From Lama guanicoe (Eukaryota): DNA of 49,422 bases. The notes under the pieces were generated by a model, which was given only the letters and a program-made list of their open reading frames with translations, searched no databases and had not been told where the DNA came from. Made by a program: the position numbers and the translations under genes. Positions 49,388 through 49,422 of this stretch are shown here, one piece after another; positions within the stretch are counted from its first letter, which is position 1; every line of letters begins with the position of its first letter. The stretch spans positions 498,467 through 547,888 of the forward strand of contig MU053156.1 in assembly GCA_013239625.1 (NCBI GenBank), read 5' to 3'.

Positions 49388-49422
49388 CCAGCCCACAGAC
49401 TCACACTCTGGGGACCCCCTGC

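Overview
Mammalian genomic DNA, probably camelid: it carries tRNA-derived vic-1-type SINEs and young artiodactyl-type L1 3' ends. All identifications are from recalled sequence similarity; no search was run. (1) 1-9.8 kb holds the 3' part of a highly diverged, intron-containing MIA3/TANGO1 (cTAGE-family) paralog on +. Nine exons (1407-8128) splice through GT-AG sites into a stop-free frame of about 274 codons, while other ancestral exons have lost their acceptors or are missing. Its introns hold a JAKMIP1 processed pseudogene and a Tigger1. (2) 10-15 kb is a GC-rich mosaic with an L1 3' end, a hAT/Charlie transposase fossil and a short inverted duplication. (3) 17.7-26.1 kb is an old, near full-length L1 with nested insertions. 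The most notable is a head-to-head chimeric retro-insertion of a GPX4 cDNA fragment (-) and an apparently semi-processed CACNA2D2 cDNA (+, poly-A tail). (4) 26-48 kb is AT-rich and repeat-dense (L1, L2, MIR, MaLR/ERV LTRs, Charlie, MER2-like) with no gene I can support. GC content rises abruptly again at about 48.3 kb.
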